A stretch of 64,000 nucleotides of DNA, taken from contig CAJINV010000004.1 in the NCBI GenBank assembly GCA_905178155.1, positions 3,803,519 to 3,867,518 of the forward strand, given 5' to 3'. Position 1 is the stretch's first letter; the number at the start of each line of letters is the position of its first letter. The notes under the pieces were generated by a model. That model had not been told where the DNA came from. It ran no database searches and was given only the letters and a program-made list of their open reading frames with translations. The position numbers and the translations under genes are program-made. This document shows, in pieces, positions 23,627-38,100 of the stretch. The DNA is from Amoebophrya sp. A120. Its lineage: Eukaryota > Protista > Dinoflagellata.

Positions 23627-26600
23627 ATGCAGACGTTGCTCGAGGGAGGTCGACGTGGGGACGAGCAAGTTGTGGAAGACGAGATTCTTCCTAGCAAGAA
23701 AAAGGATACAGTGCTTACGGGTACCAACATCGTCACCACATCAACTACTACAATCGACGACGGAACATCAAGACACCTGGTGGAAATATCAAGAGCAGAC
23801 CAAACCGAAACCTCGGAAAGCAGCAGCACCAGCACAACTACTGCACCGGTTGTATTACCATTGCCGGTCGCGCAGCCGAAGCAAACCAGCTGCATAAAAT
23901 CTGTCGGCCCATCAATCTCTACAACGAGCCCCTCCCCAAAAGCGGCGCAACAAATCATCCCGATTCTCGGCACAAATGACAGTCTTCTGGTCACCGACAC
24001 GACGCATCTTCGGAGAAATAAGGTGCCTGCTGTAGGTGGAGTTCCGGGGGTCGTGAAGGTTCTTCCTCCTGTTGTTGGAACAGCTACAGAAGGAGTTACG
24101 GCGTGCACTTCGATTCCGAGCGCGAGTACGACCAGTCCAGGTGGTGGTGCTAATACCGCTGCTGCGGCGAAGAGTCCGTTGACCGGAGCTGGTGAGGCCG
24201 CCCCGGCGGCTGTAGCACTAGGAGGCTGCAGCTACACAGCAGCTGCGAGCGACAGTGCTAGTGTTATTAAAAGCGCCTCCAAAACCGCTCAAGTTATTTC
24301 GCCCGGCACAAACACCTCTGCGACACGAAAGATCATTCCGGTGCCGCCGAAAGCCTCTTGCGGCATTGTCGTTGGGAACAATTTATCTCGTGCAAAATTA
24401 CTTGATTGTGTCTATTGCGCTCGTATTGATTGTAAGCATTTGCATGCTAACCACACGGACCCCACACAACTACTTCCTAACGTGAGTCAGCTGCAGTACT
24501 TCCTGAAAAAATACATGTGAGAGTTTCGAGTTCGAGTAGCATCAAGTAAACGATAAAAATTTTGCAATGCATAAAACCCCTTTACCGCGAGCGTGACGGC
24601 GACGAGCGGCGGCGTACCGAAAAGCTTGCTAAAGACTGCGGCAGCTTCAAGCGGGGGTGATCATATTAAAGGCGCAAGTAGCAATTCTAACTGTTCCACT
24701 ACGGCAACTACCTCGTACAAGAACACGACAGCTGGCCCAGGACCAAACAATCCGCACAGCACTCCGTCTCTCGTTTCCGAGGCCCCGACGTCCAACACCG
24801 TGTCGCCGAATTTAACCCCCCTGCCCGCCTCTCTTTCCGATCTTAACAACTGCTGCGGGGGCTCGGGCGCGAGCGGCACGGAGGGTGACCTGGAAATCAG
24901 CGAATTCGAATTACTCGGCCGCCATATCGCGAGGAAAAATCCCCCCTCCCCTTACTGAAAAGGTATCTTTTTGGAAATTTGCGATGCTGATTTGTGGTCA
25001 CAAATCGTGTCTGTCTTGCAAGAAGGCAATCCGAGAAGGCCCCCCGCATTATGCCAGAGCGGTTTGTGATGCTGTTAGGCCTACAGCGTGGACTTTTGTC
25101 ATGCTGTGTGCCTATGTCAAAACCTCTCCACTCAGGCTTGATATGGGCCTGCAGTCCTCTACCGCAAGACGCGGCTGATTTGTGTACGCAAGTCCAGCAT
25201 CAGAAAGGTCGTTCTGATATGGGGAGGGGGTTCTTTTCCTCGTGATACGCCAGGTATCCTCATCATCCGAGGATTTGATACTGCCTGAACTCGAGGACGA
25301 GGAATTGGACGGGATCAGTCTGGGCACCGGACAGGAGCAGCACGAGGAGCCAGAACGAGGAGGACCTGGTGGTCATCTTCAAGTAGAACAGTTTCATCTC
25401 CCTATCGGAGATAACGCTGGGTGTACGAGTACAATTACCCCGGAGGTTTCATCTCAGGCAGTACAACCAAATCTGAAAGTAAAGCCTTCTTCGCCTCCGC
25501 TCGTCGCGGCGCACCGGATATTGTAAGGAAAAATCCCCCCTCCCCATAGATATCGAAAAGAAACAGAAAGTTTGTGATGCTGATTGTCAACCACAAATCG
25601 TAATCGACTTGTATTGCTAGAAGGCCAAGAGACGTAGCTGTTCCCTCTTTTGCAGACAATTTGTGATGCTGTTTCCCGTTTCCAGTTGCTTCCTGTCATG
25701 TTGAAGACGCAACAAGGCTTTTCCAATTCCACGCCAGCCAGTACTACGGTCCGCATCTCTTTCCTTCTAGTATGACCCTGCGATTTGTAATCACAAATCA
25801 TGCTACACAGATCCGCTTTTGAGTTTGGGGAGGGGGCGGGATTTTTCCTCACAATACCGGACGGTAATTATCCAGAAGGAAAAAGTCATCCTCGACGGCA
25901 CCCCGGCAGCGCGGTCGGACGGCACTACCCAGGGAGGACGCGCCGCGGGCTGGCAATGTCTGCGGTGCCGGAACTTTAACTCCACCACGGTCGGTAGCTG
26001 TCTCAAGTGCGAGCTGGCGCGGGAGCGATCGCAGTGGCAGTGCAAAAGCTGTAGCACCTGGGTGGCCAACGAATATGGCGATGGGACCATTGGATGTTCA
26101 GTTTATTATAGGGCGGCTACTAGTGTTTGTGATGAGAATGAGATACAGATATATGTACGTGCCATGTTGTACTTTCACCTCCGGAATGAAAATAAAACAC
26201 GTCTTGTACGAGTTCTCGCGCACCTAGCTCTTGCAACAATTACCAACCGTAGTAGCTCTGGACATCAATTTTCCGCGTGCATAGCCCCGACCCCCGGTGC
26301 CCATTGTGCTCTATGTGGGACGGTTCGCGCGAACCAGATGCAAAGCGGATCTGCGTCGGCCCCGGAGCGCATCGGGTAGGGTTTCTTGTTTTATTTGGGA
26401 GCAATTTCGTATCGAAACTTTCCGTGAGAAGTGCGATCGATATCGCTTTGAAAATAAATGCGAAGCAATGTGTAGGATGTTGTGCATTTTTTTAAACATT
26501 TTCATCTTGATGTTTATTTTGCTTTTTTCTCATTCCGCTTCCGCAGAACCCGCCTCCTTCGGCGTCGCACCTGGTACCACACCCCCCGCCCCACTCGAGC

Positions 26601-29600
26601 AGCGGGCCCGCAGCTCTCGGGCACCACCAGAGCAATCCACACCTAACGAGCGCCAATGCGACGCAGCTCGGCTCCGGGCTCGGTCAACCGCACGGGGTCA
26701 ACCAATGTTCTTCGGTCAACAGCACGCTGCTGGCCGGTGGCGGCAAAGGCGGCGGGAAGCTTCGCAAGCCGCCGCAATCGTGGCACTGTATGCAAGAAAA
26801 AAACTGTGTAAGTGTAACTCTGATTCTGTAATGCAGAACATGCAAGAGAGTTACGCCTGTCATGCCAGACAACCATGAAGTCCTCTTTCTTTGTGTGTTT
26901 TCCCTTACAAACCACGCATGACAGGTTTTCTCTGTCATGTCCGCAAATTTGTGATGCTGTCAGCCAAAGAAGGTATACACTAACACAGTTCTTTTCTTGG
27001 ATACACTGCGTGGAGTGCTACTACGACAACTGGGAGCAGCGGACGACCTGCAATAAGTGCTTGAAACCGCGAAAGGAGTGCGAGGGCCCAGACCTGGGCG
27101 TGAAACGGAAGTTGCCGGACCCCAGCAAGGCGTTGCTGCAGATTTCCGCCGAGTTCGCCGCCGGGCTGTCGCCCGGCCCGCAGGACGGCCTGCAAAGCGG
27201 GACCAGCTCGGGAGCGAACCGCACGCCGCCGCACCAAACGTCGACCAGTGCTGGGGCAGGTGGTGGTGAAAGCAGCGGCGGGCCGCAGGACCATTCCACG
27301 GGTGGTGGAGGTGGGCAAATGAACACCACCAGCACGACCAAAGGAGGACCAGGAACTACTTCTGCCCACCCAAATAGTAAACCGCCGCTCGAGTTCCCGG
27401 AAATTCCGGAGTTGGGGTATGGCTTGCTCAGTTGGAACAATGATCTCCACTGGAACAATAGTTTGTGATGCAAAATTATAGAAGATAATGCGCATCCGCA
27501 TGAACATGGCCTGTCCAGTAAGTAGCTCTCTGGGTAGACGTGCTCAGCATGATATTGATATTGGCGATAAATCTATGACACTCCAGAGCCAGCATTGAAA
27601 TCCGCACATACATTTTTACCTTATTGCAAAACTGGACCTACTTGTACTTTGCCATTCCGCGGCTTCCTTTACTACCTTGTTCCGGTTGAGATCGTTCCCG
27701 TTCTTTACTAGGGCATATGGGGATAAAGAGCGCGAGCAGGTGCAAGAATGAAATGATCTTATCTCGCGCTTTGCCGACTCCGCAGTTGCCGCCAGTCAAC
27801 GAGCAACATCTTCCGGGTGGTGTGCCGCACTCGAAATCGCACCTTCAGGGAGCGAAAATGGGAGCTGGTACTGCGAGTAGTTGTTTTCTCATGAAGGTGA
27901 ATTGCTATCGCTGAGGATGGCTCGTCAAGCACAAGCAGAAGTATTGAGTACAATTAACGGAGGCGGGTAGTTTCCGCATCCATCATGCATGATTAGATAG
28001 GAAAGAAAAAAGAAAAACCCCGATGAACAAACTGATTAAAGATAAAGACGCAAAAATTATTTCAGGCGGTTCTTTCCACGGTACCGACCACGGTAGTTCT
28101 TTGGAGCACGGAGGGCCACCGCACCCCGCACCGCCTTTTCAGGCGAGCTCCAAAGGGGCTGGTCACCACCACCACCATCCGGCGCATCACCACCAGAGGC
28201 CCGGCATGAACGGAATGGTAGACCAGCGCACGTATGGCGCGTCCGGCAAGGGAGGGCCGCACAACCACCATGTAGTTGGTCAACACCTTCATCCGCATCA
28301 TCCACAACATAGCACGGGGAACAGCACAGGAGGGGGAGGTCCACCAGGTGTAGGAGTTCCGCCAATCGGTGCAAATCCAAATGCAGCGGCAATGAGGCAA
28401 GATCAACACCATCTTTCGGGCACTAGCACACAGCACCAGCACGTGGTCCCAGGCGCTGGTGGGCCTCCGCAGGGGGGAAGTAACAACCACGGTACGGTGA
28501 ACAAGGGAGGTCCTGCAGGAAGTATGCATTGCACAAGCATCGTACTAGTATGAGTTGCATTTTTACAATCGGCTGAGCATGACAACGATATATGAAATGT
28601 GGAACTACTTACTTAATGCGTGACTGCAATTAAGTGCTTTTAGTTTTACTACGAGTACGACTACGATATACTTTTGCAATGCATAGGAGGCGGCGCACCT
28701 GCGACGACACAAAGCTCCTCCGCGTCCTCTTCCTCCACACTGCAGGGCCTGGCCGGCTTGCTCGGGTCGAAGTTTCAGTTCGCTGACTTGGAGCGCGCGT
28801 ACGCGAGTTCGCGGGAGCTGCGCGAGACCGCGGCTTCGCTATCAAATGCAAAAATGTCTGGGTCTGGAAGGTTGGAACTTGTGATGCTAACTGTGGACTC
28901 TAAAAAGATCTGTATTGCATGACCAGCAAGGGAGGCCACGTTTCTGCTACGCGGGGAGGGCATTTGTCATGCGGAGTAGGCATCAGGATCAGGAAGCCCT
29001 CTAAAAATCTGTGATGCTAGGTCGTGCAAAATATGCATGACAAGTCTCAGAATCCTCCAGACCCCGACACTTTTGCATTTGATAATCGCAGGGAATCTAC
29101 AACGTGGAGCAGCTGCACTCCACTCTGATGACCATCCTCGCACAGAAACGGGAAAAAGAGCAGCGGACCCCGCCGCTGCGGGCCAGTGCAAATAAAACCT
29201 CCACCGCGACAGCACAATCTTCGCAGTCGGCCGTGAAGGGTAAGCTTATGATGCAGTCCCTAAAAAGAGATGAAAAGAAAAAAATTATCTCGGAAGAAGA
29301 TGTGTGGTATTACGATAGGCAATTCTGATTTGGGCCCTTCATTGTCATTCGCTTGATTTGTTCGATTTCGTTCACATTTTTATGAGTGGCTTTGTTGTAG
29401 TCTTCCCGCCCACGACACAACTAAGGTAACGGCCCACCGCCCAACTTTCCACCAACGGTGCAGACCTTGCGCATGACGGACACGGGGCAGGTAATACCGC
29501 TGCAGCAGTGGAATAAAAAGATGATGGAAGACGTGGACTCGTTGAACACCCTTTTCAGCGACACGCCAGGTACAAAGTGCTGCATGTTAAAGGGCTTGTT

Positions 29601-30480
29601 GCTTTTGATCAGCATCTTCAACAATGTTGTTTATAGAAATGAAAAATTATCCAGGCTCATCTAAATAAATCTTTTGCTCATCTCAGTTCGTCTCCGTTTC
29701 TATTGGAGGGTTGTACTAGCCAAAAAAGATCCGCGCATAGTATAGTTTCTATGAATCTTTTCAGGTGGTGCGAGTGCGCCGGGGGCGGCGGCGGGCGCTG
29801 CAGCCACAGCAGCTACATCGAAGACTGGCGAGGAAGTAGAAAAAGTGATGTACGAGGCTATTCTGGCCAAGCTGAAAGAGCAGAAGCAGGTAGAAGTTCT
29901 TTGTGTGATTCTTGTAAAGGACAAAAAATTCAAATTCCGTTATTCTGAATTGAACATCTGCGAATATGTCGTCCCACAACTGCAAGAACCGGATTTGCTG
30001 CTTCTAAACTACTACTCAAATCTTCGTCTTCCTATCAGGATGAAGACGATTATGACTTCGATTCTTTTGACCCGGACCCGTTTATCAAGTGCAAAAATGT
30101 CTAGGTCTGGAAGAGTGCCAGGTTCTTTGTCATGCATGTTTTGCATGGCGATGTGAAAGTGCCTTTAATGCATGACCCAGCATCACAGATTTTGCGAGGG
30201 CTTTCTGATGCGTATTCCGCATGAGAAGTGCCTGTCGTCCGTGTAGCAGAAACTGGACTCCTTGTTTTGCTGCTCATGCAATACAGATTTTTTTGGAATC
30301 CGAAGACAGCATCACAAGTTTGTCTTCTTCCAGACCCAGACATATTTGCAATCCATACCGTTCCTCAAATCGCCGAATCGTCCGGTCAAGCTGGAGAACC
30401 ACCCGCAGTTGCAGCAGTACGGCATCTATACAGTGCAAAAGTATAAATCGTATCAACACTCGTACAAGTTGTACAACTAG
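23627..30480 (+). CDS. Large low-complexity protein with RanBP2-type zinc fingers (exon structure partly uncertain; could be more than one gene)
   Basis: WQCLRCRNFNSTTVGSCLKC, WQCKSCSTW..HCALC and WHCVECYYDNWEQRTTCNKC (W-x-C-x2-C-x3-N-x6-C-x2-C pattern); His/Gly/Pro-rich linkers. Confidence 0.65.
24925..25247. mobile_element. Introner family C
   Basis: DR CGCCA. Confidence 0.9.
25519..25856. mobile_element. Introner family C
   Basis: DR CCGGA. Confidence 0.9.
26789..27003. mobile_element. Introner family D
   Basis: TIR TATGCAAGAAAAAAACTGTG; DR CACTG; removal rebuilds zinc finger WHCVEC. Confidence 0.92.
28523..28685. mobile_element. Introner family B
   Basis: DR GGAAG/GGAGG. Confidence 0.85.
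28840..29084. mobile_element. Introner family A
   Basis: DR TTCGC/ATCGC. Confidence 0.9.
30083..30357. mobile_element. Introner family A
   Basis: DR CCGTT. Confidence 0.9.
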
Positions 30481-31060
30481 TGCATGACAAATTCAAATGC
30501 CCTTTCTGTGTCTCCGCCAAACAATAATTGAATCAATACCAACCACTCGCCCGTTTTTCTTTTTCATCATCTACATCATGCTGCGTGTAGTCACACAATT
30601 TCTACGTAAGAACGTGGTACTTTTGCGATGCATAGCCTCACGGGCGGGGAGCTGAGCACCTTCTTGAAGTTCTGGAGTATGAGCTCGAATGCGGAATCTG
30701 AGGTATGCTTTGTATTTGTACCGTTCAAAAAATACACGTACTAGTTGCGACAACGTTAACGTTCCGGTTTCTGTAATGATGAGGAAGATTTGATTTTGAA
30801 CTGCATCTATGTATCCCGCACTACAAGGCCTCGAACTACTTACTTGCTATGAAAAGTATCTTTGGTGGTCTTGTATGTTGGTACCCGTCAAAAGTAAATG
30901 CGAACAAAATGTTCGTTCTTCGTCCCTTCCAGATCTGCCCCCGTTATCACGAGCTGGAGTGCGGCGTGTGGATTTGTGCTAGCTGCTACGGAAGTGCACA
31001 AGAACTCGCTCTTCCCTGACACTACACACAACAGCAATATTAAGATTAACGCAGTTCTTT

Positions 31061-31640
31061 TTGCAACACAAATACAAGCTGACACATGAACTGCAGCAGA
31101 AGTACTACAGTAATCGGGCTACTACACATGCAGAAACTGGTAAAGGGCAACAAACTATGAACAATTTGGTATTAATTATGCATGAGCATGACAAACGAAG
31201 GGGACGAAGCGAAGGCGTTGTGTCGAGGCATAGCTGCGACAAAGCCAACACGCACCAGGACCGAATTTGTACGCAATGCGACGAGATCCGCGAGTCTACA
31301 CAGTGGTTCTGCCGACACAGCTGCACTTGGCAAAATAACGACGTGCTGGAGTGCACTTCCTGCATACGAGGGTGCACAACTCCCCCTCCCCTTCATTTGT
31401 AATGCAAAACACCAAACTCACACCTTACCCTTAGCCCTACTCGTTTGCGCACAAACAGTACTACAATCCGCGCGCTGATTTCTCATGCGGGAGCCGCTTT
31501 TCTGCTGTTGGCTGTATTGCAGTTCATGGTATACGAATGAGGGCGAGGGGGAGTTGTGCACTCGCATACTGCAAAAAACCCCGAGCTCGGTGCGAAGCGA
31601 CACCGGAAATGGAAATCTTCAGGATTTTCGGGTACTGTGA
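31061..31640 (+). CDS. RanBP2-like zinc-finger fragment (paralog or pseudogene)
   Basis: After introner removal: QWFCRHSCTWQNNDVLECTSCKKPRARCEATPE, similar to CNKCLKPRKECEGPD at ~27050. Confidence 0.45.
31365..31568. mobile_element. Introner family F
   Basis: DR CTGCA; TIR ..GTGCACAACTCCCC. Confidence 0.9.
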
Positions 31641-34600
31641 GTCACGTAGAAAATTATTTTCACCATCGCATACGATTATAGGCGGCCCTTACAACGAGAT
31701 GGAGGGAATGTTACAGCCAGCGAGCTCCTACTGCACCACTAACGTACTTTTCTTACCCCTGCTACGACTTCTCACGTGGTCCTGTAGTCTTTTGCAGCAC
31801 CGCGAAGAGGTAAAAATAGGATGAAAATGTTGATCACAGATACAAGCACCAAGAGACCGATGAGGGCACGACTTACGAGGACCTGGTACATGGGATGGTC
31901 TGTGTATCAGATTGTTCCGTCAACACATCACCCGTTCTGACTCTCGTCTCTACTCAGTTGTCATGCAAAATGCAAAATGTAGCATGCAGTAGCGTCCTTC
32001 GCTGTTTAACATTTTTCGCATGGCAAGTTGTTCAGGATCCGGAGCCGGAGACATTAACACCACAGTCCGTGCGTGGGTTACAAATTGTTGTCATGCAGCA
32101 GGACCTCTATTCCATTTTCATCTGCCATTCATTGCTTGTGTTGCTGTTGTTCATGCAAACTGCGAATGAGGGGACGACACCAGGCGGGGCGATTGTGCAT
32201 TGGGATACTGTGTCGCAAAGCGGATCCTGAAGCGCTACACAATAATGGAGGAGAAGGAGCGAACCGCATCCGCATCCGGGAACACCGAACGGGCAGCTGC
32301 GTGATAGCGAACCGCATGATTCGTATCTAGGAAGAACACCGAGCGGTCGGCTGCGTCGTGAACTCGATAAATCGACTGAAACTTAAGATTTCGGAAAAAT
32401 GGGGAGTATGTCACAAGCGGAGAACTCGCTTCTTGATGATGTCTATTCGCACTTTTTTTCAACATCAACATAGATACCTACTTTACACAGGAGCTTTTCA
32501 GTTCTCCTGATGTATACAAGAGGTGCTAGTTTACTAAATTTTTCTCTTTATTTTCCACTATTTTTTTACCAAAGCTGTATTCTTGTGGTGGGTCGGTCGT
32601 GTAAATCACAATATTTTTCACCATCTCTCGGGATTTATTTTTTTTTGGTTTTCCTTTTCACTTTCACTTTACTACTTCTCACTTTCTCAGGTCTATCATT
32701 TCATTTTCAGTTGCGTTGTGTCGTGATTTTCTTTTTTTCTTTTACTTGTCCCAGCTGCAGGCTGGCGTGGGCAAGGAATGTTGCGGAAGGACTGCGTAGC
32801 TGGCCATATAATCACGCTGCTACGGAAAATTGTTATTTGTTTTCGGCGGCTCTAACTCCGAACTCTTGAACTTGATGGGTGTTTTAGATCATGATCTTTC
32901 TTCGTCTAGTATGGCCCTCTATTCGAGTCGATTCTCGATACTTCGTACCACCTTTATTTGGCGACAGTTAGTTCCTGTTCGCGACGAGAGCAAGGTACGG
33001 AATATTTTTAAGAAAATGTGCTTCTCGATGATAGATACAAGCCGACCCCTTCATCGTATTGACGTTTCCCAACTAGAGACAAGATTTTTGTGATGTTTTA
33101 GCTCTATTCTGGCTTTTGTTTTTAGTTTTACTCAACAGATCTCGACATTTTTTTTTACAACGAGGGCTCCTCCCGGGGCATCAGTTTTCATCATCTTGAA
33201 GCGGCCCTGCGGCCGCCCTAAACTAAGTAATATACAAGTAGCACTTTTTCATTTGGTGCCTTGCCTGTTTTGGTTTTCAATTGATGGTTTAAATGAGAAA
33301 AATGTTCTTCATGACCTTTAAGAAAGCTTGGGCGTAACAAGTATTTTCACCACAAGAAGAAACTGAAGAACGAGGCAGCTTCGTGCGATCGATGGGAGAT
33401 CTGCTCATTCAAGCATGAGTCGATTCATGGTCAGCATGAACGAACGAAGCTGCTGATCGAGGAAACTTTTTTTGACTGCCAAAACGTGAATCCACTTCCG
33501 GTACTGTTTTTGTTTCATATTATTTTTGTCGACCAAATGTTCTTCCATTGGACACGTACTTCTACCGTGTGGATACAAAATGCGGCATCATTTCTGTTTC
33601 AGTTGTGGCCTCTTGTTCAGTCTGTGCTACTTACGCAGCTAAGCCAAAAATGAGAAACAAAAGTATTGTTCTATGAATGTTGGAAACTTTTAATATGGAT
33701 CAAATATAAAATTCTGTTCATCTTTGTCTACCTCCTCGCGCGCACGAGCCAAAAATGCGCGTGCGTCTGTATGATCGCACACAAATTATAGAAATGCAAA
33801 GTTAATAAGATCAACCACCTCCGGAGATCTATCTTGCTTCGGACTCTTGTCGTTCGGTGATTGGTGGCGCGGTCCTGAAGATAAAAGTAAGTGGAATGAA
33901 AATATTAAAGTCATCATTCAGCTTGGTATGATATTTTAGGTATTAGTTCAACATCGGTCAAAGCGCAAGCACAGAGTGTAGTCACAACTCCTCGGAAAAT
34001 TAACAAATCAATGTGAATGTGTCGGTTTAAAGATATTTTTATTGTTTGTCGATCAAATCAAAATCGTGGTGTAATATGTCCAGATAGCAAGGTTCAAGTC
34101 TGTACCGATTGATCACGTCACTGACTGCCTCACACGGGCACGGCAGCAAAAAATGCAGAGATCATATATCAAAATCCGGCTCGTACAAGTACTAGTACAC
34201 CACCAGAAGGGACTGAGTTCCTCAGAGTTCTATTTGTTATGCACATGATGCACCCATAACCAACCGGAATGTTGACAGGCATTAACACTTGAATAAAACA
34301 CGAGGTCTCTCGAGTTCCGACTGCAGCGCTCTACTCAGTCATACTTGTTTTGCGTACACGATATATTACACATCTTCACCGAGTCTAGTGCAAGGCACAC
34401 AACGACGTTTTGAATCTAACTTGAGTTATTTGCAGATCTTCTTCGCTCATGCTCATCTACATCTTACTTCCGATAGATCGCCTACGCCTCGATTACTTTT
34501 TCCTGCAGATTTGTTTGTACCAGGAATAATTGCGGATTGCAGAAGAGGAGGCTTTTGTTCAAATTTTGGTTTGTTTGTTTGTTTGTGGTTACTTATGCAG

Positions 34601-35135
34601 GAAGGTGGTGCCGCTGCCAACTACCACGCGAATCTACTTGCATTCTTTTCGCATTTTTTTTTACAAGAAAAACAAAAATAAAAATACTTACAGGCTAGTC
34701 GGGTTTGAGATAAACAAAACGGAAACCTTAAAAACTTACGCAATTTGCTAGTTACTTACTAAAAAGACGAGAGTAAAGGATCGGGACCTGTGATTTTTAC
34801 CGGCGACCTGATAAAGAAATAATTTTTTTTGTGGCGTAAGTAATTTCAAAACAAGTAAATTGAGTTGTTCAAATACAAGAAATTGTCCGTTTGCTACCAC
34901 CAGTCTGACGTCTAAAAGGTGAACCGTTGAAAGTAGTATAGAAACTGAGTAGCATAAGCATCCTTGCCTGCTCTCGAATTACTTTGACACTTTTATTTCG
35001 AGATCGAAGTAGCAATCTTTTTTTTGTTAACTCATCAAAAAGCCAGCATAACCAATACAGATCCCTAGGATGTTGAAGCGTGACGGCCGTTGGGGTTCTT
35101 GCACGTTTTCTTGTGGTGCGCCGCTTCTCAACTCG

Positions 35136-38100
35136 ATGCGAGTGGCCGCGACTGCCCTTCTGTTCTTCCTTGTGGCCGAGGACCTCAATACCAGTCGATC
35201 CGGAGGTATACTATCTCCTGTTCGTGGGCTCCGGGTGAAACCACGACGCCAGACCACGAGGACCCCAAATGCTGACGGTGGCGACAGGTCTGTTGCAATT
35301 GGGAAGGAGGTGAAGTGGTTTTGCGACAAATGGAAGCTGTTCGCTAAAATCGCAGACTTTGGGTGGACGCGCCACGACATCACTGGGTCGCACCATAAAT
35401 TCGTGAAGACGGGACGGTCGCCGATCATCGTGGCCGTGCACGACAAACAGGGAATCCGCAGCGATGTTGCCCGGAACGTCCTGAAAAACTTGCGCGCCCG
35501 GGAGCTAGAGTACGAGACTCGCCAGGCCGCGGGCGTAGGTGAGCCGGAGGAACAGGCAGAACATGCGGGTCCGCAGCACGACAGCGGGCGCGGTCTGCGG
35601 AAAGAGGAACGGAAAGCCATGATGGAGCAGCTGCGACAGTTGATGGCGCGTGGCGCCCTGGAGAAGGAAGTAGGAGCAGTGGCGTCCGTAGCCGACCCGG
35701 ACGCGCTTGCGAGAGTGCGGGCAGAAGCCGTACGAGCTAAACAGGACGTAGAAAAAAAGAAGAAACAAGAGCTGGAAAAATGGTTGGAGTTTGTGCAAAA
35801 TTTGATGAATGAGCAACGACGGTTCACAACGGCGCTGTACGTCCTCGTGCACTACCTTGGTGGCAAGCGGGACTTTTTTGCGAAAAAGAGGGATGATTCT
35901 CCTGGGGGGGAGCTAGATTTTTTCGTAAGCCAGTCTTGGGAGGAGAAACTGAAGAAGGGACCCACCAGGAAGTTGTCCTTTCAGGGATTACACATTTCGC
36001 TAGCTCCTCCACAGGGGGCTATGTGTTCACTAGGGAAAGCACATTCCTCAGGAGAATCAATGTGTGTAATCCCCTGTGAACACAATGTGTCCCCTGTAAT
36101 TCCCCCAGGAGGGAAAGCACATTCCTCAGGGGATGATTCTCCTGGGGGGAAATGTGTTCGTACAATCCTGAAAGATGAACAAAACCATGCAAGAACAGAG
36201 CCAAAACTATGCAGACAAATTCTGTTCAGCGAAATTTCGCTCTTCCAAATTATATTCAATCCAGCTCGTTTCCTGCTTCGATTTTCAATCCAGCTCGTTT
36301 CCTGTATAAAAGCGGTTTTTGATGGAGCTCCCTCGCGGTCGTGGTTCCTGTTTCTTGAAACAACCAAGGCAAACAGGCTTGCAAGCTGAGCTCTTTGACG
36401 TAAAAAACCGCTGTAGCTGCTTTAGTTGCCGACAGATTTTGGCGTCTGATTACTGTCTATCAACGAATAAACTGCCAGCCTAAGAGAACACTCGTGACCT
36501 CACTACATTTGCTAGGGACGTTCATCGTTTTACTTTGCTATCAATTCAGATGACCATGACTTTCAGTATCCTCGGTTCCTGCTCGCCATAGAACTTGTTG
36601 AAGGCCGCTTCCAAGGAGCATGGCAGAGTTTCAGACTGTTTTTGCTATGCTGACCTGTTTTTTCTACGAACTGATGTTCCAGCTTCTACTTTCGCGGTTT
36701 TGCTTTTCGGACAACTCGAGTCGTATTTACATGCTGTTGCTAAAGATAAAGTTCTTCAAACTTCTGCCGCTAGCTTCTGAATTTGGATTTGCCGATTCCG
36801 CCCTCGCGACCAACTTCTTCTACCTCCCAATGAACGCCGCCAGGCTCGCCCAGATTCTCCGAGTGATTTATCCCACGAAAAGAGTGTTACAGTTACACAT
36901 TTGTTGTCAATTCAGCAACACAAGTTTCTCTGCATGAGAGAGAAAACTTGTACTAGTATAAATTGCATTACAAATTCGCTCAGCATTAGAAATGAAACTT
37001 GTAATGCCGTTTTCCCTTAAGAGAGAGATTTGTCATGCAATGCAGCAATTACTACGAGTACGATACTTTTGCAGTTCATACCACGAGGTACTGGACGATT
37101 CGCTCCTGGGTTGCCATGCAGGCGTAGTGTATCCACAGTAAATTTCCCGTACACGTACAAATGCGGTTCCCGCATGACAAAACTTGGCTTCGATCCTAGT
37201 TTAGCATGACAAGTCTTACGCTCCAAATTGGTAAAATTTGTGATGCATCTTGTACATCTACGGGAAATTTGTATTGCATATAGTGCACGAGGGTTTTACG
37301 CGAAGTTTTCTCGAAAATGACGTTCCTATCCACAGAAAAAAACGCATGCCATCCCCATCCATTTTTTGGATGACAGCCACGCCATCTTATGTATGTCTCG
37401 CATGACAAATTGGATGGGGATGGGTTTTTTTCTTTGGATAGTTCTCCTGATCGTCGTACAGATTTTTTCGTAAGCCAGTCTTGGGAGGAGAATCTGAAGA
37501 AGGGGCCACCCCAGCTGGATGCAAAGGAAACGATGGTCGGCGATGATGAAGCAGCAATGCGCAAGAGTCTGGCAGTGCTACACGGCGGGGACCACCACGG
37601 CAGCGTGCGCAGCAGCACACTTCTTCCCGACCTATTTCAACACTATCCCGAGTTGCTTGCCGTCCGCGATTTTTTTCTGTTTGAGGTGTTGTTCTCACAG
37701 GGAATCTCACTCAGCACGGAGCTTACGCACGTCATGGAAGGTCTGCATTTCCAAATTACGGGCGAGACAGGCGTGGTTCAGCCACTTTACGCGAGCGGGA
37801 TTGTTACAACCCCATCTGGTGGCCGCGTTGCAGCAGCCAAAAGCGGGGGGGTGTTTGAGTTTGTCCTAACCGAAGAGCCGGAGGTGGAATTGGTAGAGCA
37901 GTGGACCGCTTATAATGTTCGTGCAGCCGACAGCGCCAGTGATGACGAGGATGAAGCCGGCAGCGGATCGGATTCTTCTGGAAGCAGGTCGCGCAGTGCT
38001 GCGGGGGCCATTCAAGACTTGGCTGGTGTTGTGTCGCCGATGTCCAGACTGGGTGTGAGCATGATAGATGACGCGGACCGAGTTAAACAGCTCACGGAAA

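Larger units (their letters stand above)
35915..37504. mobile_element. Composite insertion flanked by 45-bp direct repeats, carrying introners and an antisense ankyrin-like fragment
   Basis: AGATTTTTTCGTAAGCCAGTCTTGGGAGGAGAA(A/T)CTGAAGAAGGG at 35915-35959 and 37460-37504. Confidence 0.6.

Noticed and set aside
33157-33230. Possible Helitron 3' end (GCGGCC-CTGC-GGCCGC hairpin followed by CTAA) and TACAACGAGG shared with 42061
   Set aside because: The motifs are too short, and no element boundaries could be defined.
35841-35866. Short inverted match (CCTCGTGCACTA) to ~37281-37292
   Set aside because: Only about 12 nt and partly palindromic, so it could be chance.
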